Shown: one piece after another, positions 21,911 to 32,952 of the stretch
Numbering within the stretch: the stretch's first letter is position 1
Layout: the number at the start of each line of letters is the position of its first letter
From: Octopus bimaculoides
Lineage: Eukaryota
Direction of reading: 5' to 3'
Assembly: GCF_001194135.2 (NCBI RefSeq)
Contig: NC_068982.1
Coordinates: 94,358,006 to 94,391,011, forward strand
Length of the DNA stretch: 33,006 nt
Translations under genes and position numbers: made by a program
The notes under the pieces: generated by a model
What the model saw: the letters and a program-made list of their open reading frames with translations, nothing else
The model's database searches: none
Told to the model about the DNA's origin: nothing

Positions 21911-22066
21911 GTTTTCTCCTTGTTTTCTCCGTATTCTTTCTGTTGAAGAGCATAGCCCGAAACGTTAAAGACTTTCTCTATTCCCGAGCGTTAAACTAAT
22001 ACATCCTTTTGTTGTTTACGCCACCTGTCCTCGTCTGTTGTTGTTTTTTTTTCGTAAATTCTCCCA
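21911..22066 (+). mobile_element. Hammerhead-bearing short repeat, copy D, ends in (TA)n/(CA)n
   Basis: TCTTT-CTGTTGA-A-GAGC-ATA-GCCC-GAAACGTT-AAAGA at 21935-21971, then CTTTCTCTATTCCCGAGCGTTAAACTAATAC...CCACCTGTCCTCGTCTGTTG...TAAATTCTCCC-ATATAT. Confidence 0.8.
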
Positions 22067-22294
22067 TATATATATACACACACATACATACATATACAAT
22101 ATATGTACATATACATACACACACATATGTATTTACATAAGCACTAACACGCACAAATACTTACATATACACACACAAGACATATGATGACATATAACTC
22201 GTACATACATGCGTGCGTGCATATATATGTATATATCTGGAATGTATAAGGTAAGTTGATAAAAAAAATAGTTGTTTTATTTCTTATGCTACAG

Positions 22295-22440
22295 GCATGG
22301 AAGAAATAACAAATTTCAGGATCGCTCTAGCTTTTGACAGACTGGTGAAAGAGATGCAGTTAAGGTCAATGCCTGATGGAAGAAATATGGTGGCGAGGAC
22401 AGCAACAAGACCTAAATTCTGGAGTGACACAAAAACGTAG
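22295..22440 (+). CDS. Possible isolated coding exon or small ORF (unidentified)
   Basis: Pyrimidine tract plus CAG acceptor (ttttatttcttatgctacag, ends 22294). Open frame MEEITNFRIALAFDRLVKEMQLRSMPDGRNMVARTATRPKFWSDTKT*, locally higher GC. No homologue recognised. Confidence 0.2.
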
Positions 22441-22605
22441 AAACACAGGCACATATATAAGAGCGAACGCACACAGCTACATACATACACATACACACAC
22501 GCACACAGACACACACATGCATACATGTATATATGGATGGATAGATACAGAAATATAGATAGATAGGAATAATCATAATTACATATATATATATATATAT
22601 ATATA

Positions 22606-23535
22606 NNNNNNNNNNNNNNNNNNNNNNNNNNNNNNNNNNNNNNNNNNNNNNNNNNNNNNNNNNNNNNNNNNNNNNNNNNNNNNNNNNNNNNNNNNNNNNN
22701 NNNNNNNNNNNNNNNNNNNNNNNNNNNNNNNNNNNNNNNNNNNNNNNNNNNNNNNNNNNNNNNNNNNNNNNNNNNNNNNNNNNNNNNNNNNNNNNNNNNN
22801 NNNNNNNNNNNNNNNNNNNNNNNNNNNNNNNNNNNNNNNNNNNNNNNNNNNNNNNNNNNNNNNNNNNNNNNNNNNNNNNNNNNNNNNNNNNNNNNNNNNN
22901 NNNNNNNNNNNNNNNNNNNNNNNNNNNNNNNNNNNNNNNNNNNNNNNNNNNNNNNNNNNNNNNNNNNNNNNNNNNNNNNNNNNNNNNNNNNNNNNNNNNN
23001 NNNNNNNNNNNNNNNNNNNNNNNNNNNNNNNNNNNNNNNNNNNNNNNNNNNNNNNNNNNNNNNNNNNNNNNNNNNNNNNNNNNNNNNNNNNNNNNNNNNN
23101 NNNNNNNNNNNNNNNNNNNNNNNNNNNNNNNNNNNNNNNNNNNNNNNNNNNNNNNNNNNNNNNNNNNNNNNNNNNNNNNNNNNNNNNNNNNNNNNNNNNN
23201 NNNNNNNNNNNNNNNNNNNNNNNNNNNNNNNNNNNNNNNNNNNNNNNNNNNNNNNNNNNNNNNNNNNNNNNNNNNNNNNNNNNNNNNNNNNNNNNNNNNN
23301 NNNNNNNNNNNNNNNNNNNNNNNNNNNNNNNNNNNNNNNNNNNNNNNNNNNNNNNNNNNNNNNNNNNNNNNNNNNNNNNNNNNNNNNNNNNNNNNNNNNN
23401 NNNNNNNNNNNNNNNNNNNNNNNNNNNNNNNNNNNNNNNNNNNNNNNNNNNNNNNNNNNNNNNNNNNNNNNNNNNNNNNNNNNNNNNNNNNNNNNNNNNN
23501 NNNNNNNNNNNNNNNNNNNNNNNNNNNNNNNNNNN
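22606..23535. other. Assembly gap between (TA)n and (TG)n
   Basis: Run of N. Confidence 1.
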
Positions 23536-23565
23536 NTGTGTGTGTATGTGTGTGTGTGTGTGTAT

Positions 23566-23617
<52 letters not shown>

Positions 23618-23652
23618 GTGTATGTAAGTATGTATTTATGTATGTATGTATT
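23536..23652 (+). repeat. (TG)n-(TATG)n microsatellite
   Basis: Direct inspection. Confidence 0.95.
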
Positions 23653-23659
23653 TAGTGAG

Positions 23660-26640
23660 TACAATCTTGTAAATAACATTCAATGAACGAAACCATTACT
23701 TTTACCAAAGCTGAAGAGAGGTATTATTCGCCTACTTTTCTTGGCCTTAGATCAGAAGATATGTGTGGATCTTGGCAAGCAACTAAACGCCCGGGGTACA
23801 TTACACTAACGACACACAACACAGACAGTCATTTTCACCAATCATGTGAAATGAGAAGCATACATTGTGAAAGCTCATGAGAAAATTCTTGCCAACGTCT
23901 AGGAAATGATTGAACTGTGCAGGAGCAATGGTTGGTAGACTCGCTAAATGTCACTTGAATTAGGCAGTTAGGGATTTGTGGAACGAAAGTAACTTTGGCT
24001 TTGAAGGACTCCTTCGAGGAGAGAGTATTTTCTAGCAAAGTAAGTAAGAAACCACCACATACGGTATTAAGAGCTGTTGACGAAATTGGTGATGAGTATT
24101 TACAACAGTGTGATGAACCTACATACTTGCAGATTAATGCCTGTCTATATGCTCTGGCTACTACTGTAAAACAGTAGTAGCCATATATTCAAAAATGATT
24201 TTCAAAAATGATATTCAAAATGTAAAACCGAAATAACAAAGAAAATACCATCATAGGTTTTGAAGACAGAGAAAAAGATAGCTGGTTTACGGAAGACCAT
24301 CAGTCATGTAATGATGCTTATTGTATGCAAGAAAGCAAATCACTATACGTCTCACCAACAGAAAGTAAAGAAGGAGATAGAAATGGTGTTTGGAGACGGC
24401 AAAATGAGGACACTCATCTGCAAACTGATTACCCTCAAGCAGGAGATAAAAGCTGTCAGTGAAAAACTCCGACATTAGAAGTGAATAACCGAGAGAAGAA
24501 CAATAGTAAAAAAATTTAACCGCAAGCAGGCAGCAGTGTACAGAGACATGAGAGAAGGATCAATAAACATCACAGAAACTCCTTCAGGAGAAGATATAGA
24601 CGCCTTCTGGAAGAAAACCTGGAGTGAAGAAAAGGAATTTAAACCAAGATGCTTTGTGGCTGGAAGAAATCCGAAAAAGTTATTGTTCTTGCGTTACATC
24701 CAAGACATACAACATTGATGGTGAAACTCTTGCAACTGTGATCCAGAAACGCCAGAATGGAAAAGTACCTGGGAGAGAGTTGATTGTTGGATATTGGTAC
24801 AAGAAGCTAACATTCTACCGACCATACCTTATCAATCTGTACCAGCAAGCTTTCATTGGGAACAGTAGCATACCACACTGATTAGCTCTGGCAGAGACAA
24901 AATCGATAACCAAATGCAGAACCACCCATATGGCAAAAAACTATCGGCCAATAGCATGCCAGAACTTAATGTATAAAATATATACAGCTTGTTTAAACCT
25001 CTTCCTCAAAGATCATTATGAAACCAATAACATTATCACAGCAGAACACGTAGCTGGGAAGAAGGGAATCTGAGTATGTGCCGAGCAATTGTTAATCAAC
25101 AAAACTGTGATGTCAGAGGTACGTGAGTACAGGAGGAACCTAATTTCAACGTGGCTATACTACAATAAAGCCTTTAACTCTGTTCTCCACTCATGGATGA
25201 TAAAAGCCCTTGCTAAATTTCCAGTGAGAATAGTCAAAGCCATAGCTGACCTGACATCATCGTGGGTCATCATCTTGAAATTATACACAAAGAGTGAATG
25301 CATTAACACCGATAGAATACAGTATCGCAAAGGTATATTCCAAGGAGACATCCTCTTTGTGATGTTGTTTATACTTTCTGTAAACCCCTTATCATTCATG
25401 TTAAGGAAGTCTGAAAGATATCTCACTAGTTCACAAGGAAACAGAAACACCGAAATTACATACTGTTTCTTTGTGGATGACTTAAAACTTTATACAAAGA
25501 ATATGCATGAGATGAAAAAGGGCCTTGACCTAGTTACAACATTCTCAAAGGATGTAGGATTGGAATTTGGTCTGGATAAAAGTTGTTATATGGCTTTGGA
25601 AAGGGGGAAAACTATAAACCGTACTAGCAACATCTCCATTCATGATTTGACTGTTTCCCTTGTATCTGATGAGGAATGTTACAGGTATCTAGGTGTCAAT
25701 GAAAATATATCTTACAGTGGCACATGTAACAAAACACACGTCACTAAAGAATATTACAGCCGAATGAAGAAAATTTGGACCTCAGAACTGTCTGAATTCA
25801 ATAAAACAGTGGCCCGCAATGTGTTTCTAGTGCCAGTACTCATACCGACATTTGGGCTGCCTGATTGAACGCTTGATGAGATCCGAGCCATTGACGTGAA
25901 AACCCGAAAAATGCTAATAAGCACCCAATTTCCACATAAACAGTGATGTAGACCGCCTCTACCTAAAACGAAAACAAGACAGAAGAGGTTTAACATTGAT
26001 CCAAAATGCCTTTGTATCATTTCGGCAACATCTTTTAACCACCAAGTGTCGGAGTGCATCCCTTGACAAAGTTTGCATACATGGGGCTGATAACATCATA
26101 AGACTTGGAAGGCAACTCTTTGAGCAACACTCCTTGTCTGATAACATAGAATACATGCCCAAAGAAGTCGCACGACTCTACCGCTAGGACAGTCTATTAT
26201 GAAATCCGTCGGAAGGATAATCCTGAGGACAAAGAAATAGGAACCCACATAGTAACTCATAATAAAAAGGAATACTGGTGGAATGCACCAGTGAAAATCT
26301 GAATAAGATGTAAGCACAACAGATCTGATTTACGATAGAGAAGAGAAGCCGTTTACTGTTGTGGAAATCGGCTGCCCAGCGGAAGTTAACATAAAGCTGA
26401 AAATCAGTGAAAAAGACAACACCTATACTGAACAATTGAGAAACCTGCAGTTACTCTATCCAGATTATAAGTTCAGCTTTATACCAGGGATATGTAATAC
26501 ACTGCCTAATTACTAATCTTGAGAAATTAGGCTTCTCAAGACCAGAAAGGAGAAAGCTAATTCGAAGACTACAGATCCAGTCCATCACCGGAACTGTAAA
26601 AATCTGTAAAACTTACCAGATGTTTATCATTTAAATATAT
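23660..26640 (+). mobile_element. Long decayed Dong/R4-type RLE LINE (third subfamily): N-terminal region, RT, RLE; zinc-knuckle region deleted
   Basis: FNRKQAAVYRDM...PSGEDIDAFWKKTW; KVPGRELIVGYWYK; NYRPIACQNLMYKIY; EQLLINKTV; YNKAFNSVLHSW; KGIFQGDIL; FFVDDLKLY; FGLDKS; YRYLGV; RLYLKRK..RRGL. Jump at ~26184 to RTVYYEIRRKDNP; EYWWNAP; VVEIGCP; LQIQSITGTVKICK. The 5' boundary is uncertain (23660-24000). Confidence 0.88.
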
Positions 26641-26679
26641 ATGAGCAAGTCTAGAAATGCAACTAGATGCATGAGTATA

Positions 26680-26868
26680 CATACATAAAACATACAAATC
26701 AGCTCATACAAACATATATGCATGCATGGATACATATATTCACACATACATACATACATACATGCATACATATATATGTGTGTGTGTATGTGCGTGTGTC
26801 TGTTTGTATGTGTGTGTAGTATCTCTATTTCTCTCTCTCCCTCTCTCTCTCCCTCTCTCTCCCTCTCT
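26680..26868 (+). repeat. (CATA)n-(TG)n-(CT)n compound microsatellite
   Basis: Direct inspection. Confidence 0.9.
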
Positions 26869-27070
26869 NNNNNNNNNNNNNNNNNNNNNNNNNNNNNNNN
26901 NNNNNNNNNNNNNNNNNNNNNNNNNNNNNNNNNNNNNNNNNNNNNNNNNNNNNNNNNNNNNNNNNNNNNNNNNNNNNNNNNNNNNNNNNNNNNNNNNNNN
27001 NNNNNNNNNNNNNNNNNNNNNNNNNNNNNNNNNNNNNNNNNNNNNNNNNNNNNNNNNNNNNNNNNNNNNN
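26869..27070. other. Assembly gap
   Basis: Run of N. Confidence 1.
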
Positions 27071-27135
<65 letters not shown>

Positions 27136-27480
27136 TAGATAGATAGATAGATAGATATAGATAGATAGCTACATAGATACATACATGCACATACAAACAC
27201 ACATGTATACATACCTACATAATTACATACACACACATACATATATACATTCACACATACACACATACACACATTTTTTATATATTATGCTTATATTAAC
27301 ATGCATTAAATGTGGATATATATTTCATATATACGTGTTTGTGTGTATGTGTGTGTGTACAAGTCTGTGTGCGCGCGCGAGCAGGCGTGCGTGTGTTATT
27401 GTGTATGTTAAAACAAATTCTTCCTGCATGTGTATGTGAGTGTGTGGGTGTGAGTGTGTGGTTGGGTGCCTGTGTATATG
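27071..27480 (+). repeat. (TA)n-(GA)n-(GATA)n-(CATA)n-(TG)n compound microsatellite
   Basis: Direct inspection. Confidence 0.9.
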
Positions 27481-27881
27481 TTTGCAAGTATTTAAGTTAC
27501 GCGTAAAGCAGGTAGGAAATGAAGGTTAGAAACATTAACTTTGGCGAACGTTGGTCTGCAGATTATATTGCAAAATTTATGTAACAATGTAAACAACCGA
27601 TGAAATAAACGTTAATATTTCAACCCTTGACACATGAGGGCGTATATTCTTCGCAGTTTTTGTGCATGTAGCAAATTCAATATACGTATCGATACAAGTC
27701 AAAAGAAACTAGGGGTAAGAAGGCAAGGGGAAAAAAGAGAATATGTCGTACCATTCCGCTAACATTTAATGCGCCTCATCGTCTTGTGTATGCTCCATAT
27801 GTTGTATGAAACCTGAGGAACTGTTCTGTTGATGTTACTTAGAGTCATTCATGAATGAACGGAACAATAGTCATTCAAATA

Positions 27882-27882
<1 letters not shown>

Positions 27883-27912
<30 letters not shown>

Positions 27913-28330
27913 TACTGTGCTGCACTGCAACGTTCTGTTAATTCGGACCACTACAGATAAAGTCACAAAGTAGGCAAAGAGTGTTTTACATGACTGAAAA
28001 GGTAAAAAAAAAAATNNNNNNNNNNNNNNNNNNNNNNNNNNNNNNNNNNNNNNNNNNNNNNNNNNNTATATATATATATATATATATATATATCATAAGG
28101 TTTTTAAACTTTTAAATTTTCATATTCAAAAGAGACAGAGACTTCAAATTCGATTATGCTATATTGGTAACGGTTGCTACATCCTCTGGGAACATTATTA
28201 TATATATGTATATATATATATATATATACTGTGCTGCACTGCAACGTTCTGTTAATTCGGACCACTACAGATAAAGTCACAAAGTAGGCAAAGAGTGTTT
28301 TACATGACTGAAAAGGTAAAAAAAAAAATC
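27883..28330 (+). repeat. ~130-bp identical direct duplication (27883-28015 and ~28199-28330) spanning a 51-N gap (28016-28066)
   Basis: TATATACTGTGCTGCACTGCAACG...GACTGAAAAGGTAAAAAAAAAAAT occurs twice; the first copy ends exactly at the gap. Confidence 0.9.
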
Positions 28331-28574
28331 GATACGGCTTTTCATTTGTAAATCCAGGATTTTCGGCAACTGATTTGGAGGTGACACTAATATGCAGTAC
28401 ACGATTTTACTTGATGTTGTTATTTTATTTTATTTTATATTTTGTACCAGTTAATCTTACATGTACGACATATTAAGTGCAGTCTACCATACTTGAAGGG
28501 CTGAGCCGAAAATAATGCATAATTAATCGAAATTACAAACCAAGTGAGAAAAGAAATTGAGGTATTAATCAAAC

Positions 28575-28690
28575 TTTATGTCAGTCTCCCTCTGTCTGTC
28601 TGTCTGTCTGTCTCTCTCACTCTCTCTCTCTCTCTCTCTCACTCTTTGCTTGCTTATTTTGTCTGTCTGTCTGCCTGTCTTTTTCTTTCG
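28575..28690 (+). repeat. (TGTC)n/(TC)n microsatellite
   Basis: Direct inspection. Confidence 0.85.
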
Positions 28691-28784
28691 TTCTTTTCTC
28701 TCTGTATATGCATTTCATGTATGTGCGTGTTGTGCATATGTGTACGCATTCACACAAACAAGTATTTATTTAAACGTACATATA

Positions 28785-28847
28785 GGCGCAGGAGTGGCTG
28801 TGTGGTAAGTAGCTTGCTTACCAAACACGTGGTTCCGGGTTCAGTCC
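28785..28847 (+). mobile_element. tRNA-derived SINE family A, head only (A and B boxes)
   Basis: GGCGCAGGAGTGGCTGTGTGGTAAGTAGCTTGC...GGTTCAGTCC (28838-28847), truncated just after the B box. Confidence 0.8.
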
Positions 28848-28921
28848 GGAATGTAAACATGGATGAAATACCGCCAACCATTTTGCCCGGCGCTCTAACG
28901 ATTCTGCCAGCTCGCCGCCTT
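28846..28921 (-). mobile_element. tRNA-derived SINE family B, head only, truncated just before its B box
   Basis: Minus strand: AAGGCGGCGAGCTGGCAGAATCGTTAGAGCGCCGGGC...TTTACATTCCG. Homologous to 15532-15606. Confidence 0.8.
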
Positions 28922-29105
28922 AAGCACACTAATATATTTATTCAAAGTAATGATTACTCCCGCCGTTACTTAGTGTTTCTGTTTCTGTGAAGAATCGCGC
29001 TCCAGCTCTCTGTTCCATCGGGTTGAATCATGCACTACGAATGAGTTTACAAACTAACAAACTCTACTACTTGTTTTATCTGCACCTCTTTTTAGTTAAA
29101 GCAGT

Positions 29106-29106
29106 C

Positions 29107-29159
<53 letters not shown>

Positions 29160-29400
29160 GATCTATCTATCTATTTATCTATCTGTCTGTCTATCTGTCT
29201 GTCTGTCTATCTGTCCGTCTGTCAGTCCGTCTGTCTGTCTATCTATCTATCCATCTATCCACTTATTCATCCACCCATCCATCCGTCTGTCTGTCCGTCC
29301 GTCCGTCCGTCCGTCCGTCCGTCCGTCCGTCCGTCCGTCCGTCCGTCCGTCTGTCTGTCTGTCTGTCTGTCTGTCACGCCTCTCCCTTTCTCTCTCTATA
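29106..29400 (+). repeat. Compound tetranucleotide microsatellite (ATCT)n-(GTCT)n-(ATCC)n-(GTCC)n-(GTCT)n
   Basis: Direct inspection. Confidence 0.95.
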
Positions 29401-30639
29401 TATGCATACATACACACATGCATGCATAAATTCTATTTGCAACTCCAATATATAATATATAATAATGTAATTATCATTTTCAAATAAAACGATAATAGAG
29501 ATTAGATTAGAGAAAGTCTACTATAGTCACACGCTGGAAGAATTAGCCACAAGCTATTTTAACGGCAAACTATTATCATCAGCAATCTGTTATAATTGCT
29601 TCTTACTACGTGTACAGCTTCGTTACCTGTCTGTATATTTAGTATCTGAGTTGTAACGCAGGAGGTACAGTCACGTAAATATAAATAAATACATTATTGC
29701 AGCATAAATAATTAAATCCACATGTATTCAGTAGTTTTTCGCCTACTTCTGACACGGAAAAGAGAAAATCTGCTTCCAGAATAGACTTACGCTTCAATAT
29801 GAAATAACTTACAAGTCACATGCCGAAATAATTTGAACTACTACCATTGGCAATATTCGGGTACGAATCAGCCGAAAATTAAAGCAATAATTTAGTATTA
29901 GTAAAGGATTATTTACCCTTAACTATAATAGATTTGATTGTTCTGAAATTTCAGTGGTAGATCCTTCCACAGTGTGGTTAAACATATACATGCATACTTG
30001 AAATGTAATGTCTGTGTTACGTATTCTTACCGCAACTGGAATATTGCCTTTGAATTCGAAGAGTAATGAAGGATATAGAACAACATGTAGGATATCAAAC
30101 AAATCGCCTGAACTATGACCAACAATTTCACTCTCCCTTTAAACACAACCTACAAATTTCCCTGTCCGCCCTTACACACACGAAAGAGAATTGGTTGCAG
30201 CAATTTCTCTCACGGTTGTTAATTTAACGATTCGATTATTCGTTTCTATATCCTAATTTTTTTAAATATAATATCATTTCCAGTATTTATAAACACATTT
30301 TAAATCTAACACATTTATTATCCGAATTTTTTTCTTATATGTTGTCCAGTAGCAAATCTAAAATAATATTAGACTACAAATACATGAAGCATATCATCCA
30401 CTTTTTTTATGCTATGGATTAGGGTCCTTCTGTGTAATATGTTGACGTTATTTTAACGCATTTGTTATAAATCATGCAATTATATTAAATTGGTATATTT
30501 CGTGTGTGAATTGTTCGACATTTTAATGTGAATCAAAATATCAATTTCCATGTATAAAGTGATGACAGCAGGGGTTGTAAAAACCAAAAATTTCTCCTGA
30601 TGACGATTTTTACCAAGCTTACTCCAATGCTTTGAGAAC

Positions 30640-31230
30640 TACTTCATCAATAGGTTGCCACTCATGCCAACGTTCTTTCTAGTTTGATTATACAAGGGCA
30701 ATGAATGTGTAGAATCTGCACTGCAAAAATGGAAATAATTGGAGATTCCTAAGTTTGATGCACAGTATTAAATTGCATGACAGATTTCAGAGGTGAGAAA
30801 GTAGTTAGAATTTGGCAACGTGCCTAATATTTCTCGCACAGAGTAACTTGATTGGCACTCCCTTACCTCAACATTCATATATGTCTATCCCAGGCAATCT
30901 TCCCTTCACAAGATAACACAAAACTACGTCCCAAGAATAGCCCTTTTCAATACCAGAAAATAACTTACCTGTTAAATAAATACTGACTCTCCATCAAAAC
31001 TCAGATGAGTTCTACAATAGAATACAATTCCCATATCTGTAACAGCGCAGCTGAACCACAGAAAAGTAGCGCAGTTTGAATCGAAAACAAAGCCACAAAT
31101 ATGATAGCAACCTATGGATGCGCTGTCACTTGAACTTTTACACTACCACAGGAAGAGCCTATGTTTTTCAAAGATAGCTAATCGCACATGTAGTTCACCA
31201 AGTTCCTTCTGACACACGTTTCTATTCTCA
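30640..31230 (+). mobile_element. Highly decayed CR1/L2-group LINE RT 3' half
   Basis: LMPTFFLV (30661; cf. LSPTLFLLF); ESALQ (cf. DDSTLH); KTQMSSTIEYNSHICNSAA (~30997-31050; cf. YKAQIRPxMEYxSHIW); IENKATNMI; LLHYHRK (cf. LFYRYYHG). Confidence 0.55.
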
Positions 31231-31792
31231 TGTCAGGCCCCACCTACCCACTTCCATCCCATTTTAAAATTCTTTTGAAATTGCTTTCCATGATTTTCTT
31301 ACAGATATTAACTTACTATATATCAGATCGTTCCTCAACTGTACTAATATCACTATTATAAGACGCTTTTCTAAGTACATACATGTGTTTTCCTTATAAA
31401 TAAAACAATTGATCATCGTTCCTGGTTTACTAATTACTTTTCTCTCTTTCAGCCTTTAGTGTGTAAGAACAAAATGGAACAACGCTCCCAAGTCTAGTAT
31501 CCGACTATATCGCTTCGGATACTGCACCCCACACACATACAATTCCGACAGTGCGCTCTTTCTCGAGCTTGTGATACTTTGCTTAAACGGTACAGGTACA
31601 TATCCTCTTTTTAAAAATTGCTCTTAGTAATTCCGACATTGAAATAGGTGGGTAAATACGCTTTCCCAATATTTAATTGTACTTTGGGGTTTAAAGTATT
31701 TTAGTTGTGACATGTGTCTTGCCCAAACTTTTCTCAGTATAGCAAATCATATTCTTAGATATTTGGCTGTTCTTTGTAAGCAATCCAAATCC

Positions 31793-31795
31793 CAT

Positions 31796-31848
<53 letters not shown>
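31793..31848 (+). repeat. (TA)n microsatellite adjacent to gap
   Basis: Direct inspection. Confidence 0.95.
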
Positions 31849-32231
31849 NNNNNNNNNNNNNNNNNNNNNNNNNNNNNNNNNNNNNNNNNNNNNNNNNNNN
31901 NNNNNNNNNNNNNNNNNNNNNNNNNNNNNNNNNNNNNNNNNNNNNNNNNNNNNNNNNNNNNNNNNNNNNNNNNNNNNNNNNNNNNNNNNNNNNNNNNNNN
32001 NNNNNNNNNNNNNNNNNNNNNNNNNNNNNNNNNNNNNNNNNNNNNNNNNNNNNNNNNNNNNNNNNNNNNNNNNNNNNNNNNNNNNNNNNNNNNNNNNNNN
32101 NNNNNNNNNNNNNNNNNNNNNNNNNNNNNNNNNNNNNNNNNNNNNNNNNNNNNNNNNNNNNNNNNNNNNNNNNNNNNNNNNNNNNNNNNNNNNNNNNNNN
32201 NNNNNNNNNNNNNNNNNNNNNNNNNNNNNNN
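31849..32231. other. Assembly gap
   Basis: Run of N. Confidence 1.
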
Positions 32232-32249
32232 ATTTCATCATGGCCGGTA

Positions 32250-32268
32250 TATATACACAGACACACAG

Positions 32269-32301
<33 letters not shown>

Positions 32302-32333
32302 CACACACATACACACACACACACACACACATG

Positions 32334-32364
<31 letters not shown>

Positions 32365-32383
32365 CTGTCACGTATATATATAT
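32250..32383 (+). repeat. (CA)n-(TA)n microsatellite
   Basis: Direct inspection. Confidence 0.95.
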
Positions 32384-32572
32384 GAGAGAATTTACGAAAT
32401 AGACAACAGACGAAGACAGGTGGTGTAAACAACAAATGGATGTATTAGTTTAACGCTCAGGAATAGAGAAAGTCTTTGACGTTTCGAGCCTACGCTCTTC
32501 AACTGAAAGGAACACAAAGAAATAAGGAGAGAAACAAGGAGAAAAAAATAAATGTAGTGGTCAGCGATCTAT
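32384..32572 (-). mobile_element. Hammerhead-bearing short repeat, copy E, ends in (TA)n
   Basis: Minus strand: CCUUU-CAGUUGA-A-GAGC-GUAG-GCUC-GAAACGUC-AAAGA (32510-32473). Downstream sequence is colinear with copies B and D. Confidence 0.8.
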
Positions 32573-32689
32573 CACCTGTGATAAATGTAAGACAGAGATA
32601 GATAAAATAAATAAATAAAACTATATAAAGGGCATGAATACATACGAGGTGAACCCATACACACACGCAAACACGCACACTTTCTAGAC

Positions 32690-32845
32690 GACCATAACAA
32701 TGTCAACAACACAACTAACACAGCTAACAGCAGCGGCGGTGCCAACGATGGCAATAACAACAACAACTACACCGATGGCAACACCGTGGACACACACATA
32801 CACAGAGGAATACAGGAATACAGGAATACAGGAACTGTACCATTT
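32690..32845 (+). repeat. Degenerate (AAC/AGC/GGC)n tract followed by (AGGAATAC)x3
   Basis: acaactaacacagctaacagcagcggcggt...aacaacaacaac; aggaatacaggaatacaggaatacagg. Confidence 0.7.
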
Positions 32846-32927
32846 TTTTCGGGTCTTAGGACAGCAGCAGCACAATGGGGTGAGAGGATAGGGCTGAGGC
32901 GAAGACCGCACTGCTGCTAAAAACTAT

Positions 32928-32952
32928 GACACACATACAAGCATACACACAT

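Noticed and set aside
22251-22294. Perfect donor AAG|GTAAGT followed by an acceptor (44-nt mini-intron)
   Set aside because: Too short for a typical intron, and the upstream sequence is microsatellite, not exon.
31497-31524. 9-bp stem hairpin AGTATCCGA/TCGGATACT next to CTAG (Helitron-like 3' end?)
   Set aside because: CTAG overlaps the stem rather than lying ~10 nt downstream, and there is no TC 5' end or other copies in the window.
32700-32900. Asn/Thr/Gly-rich open frames near the window end
   Set aside because: Explained by degenerate trinucleotide and 8-bp repeats; no domain recognised.
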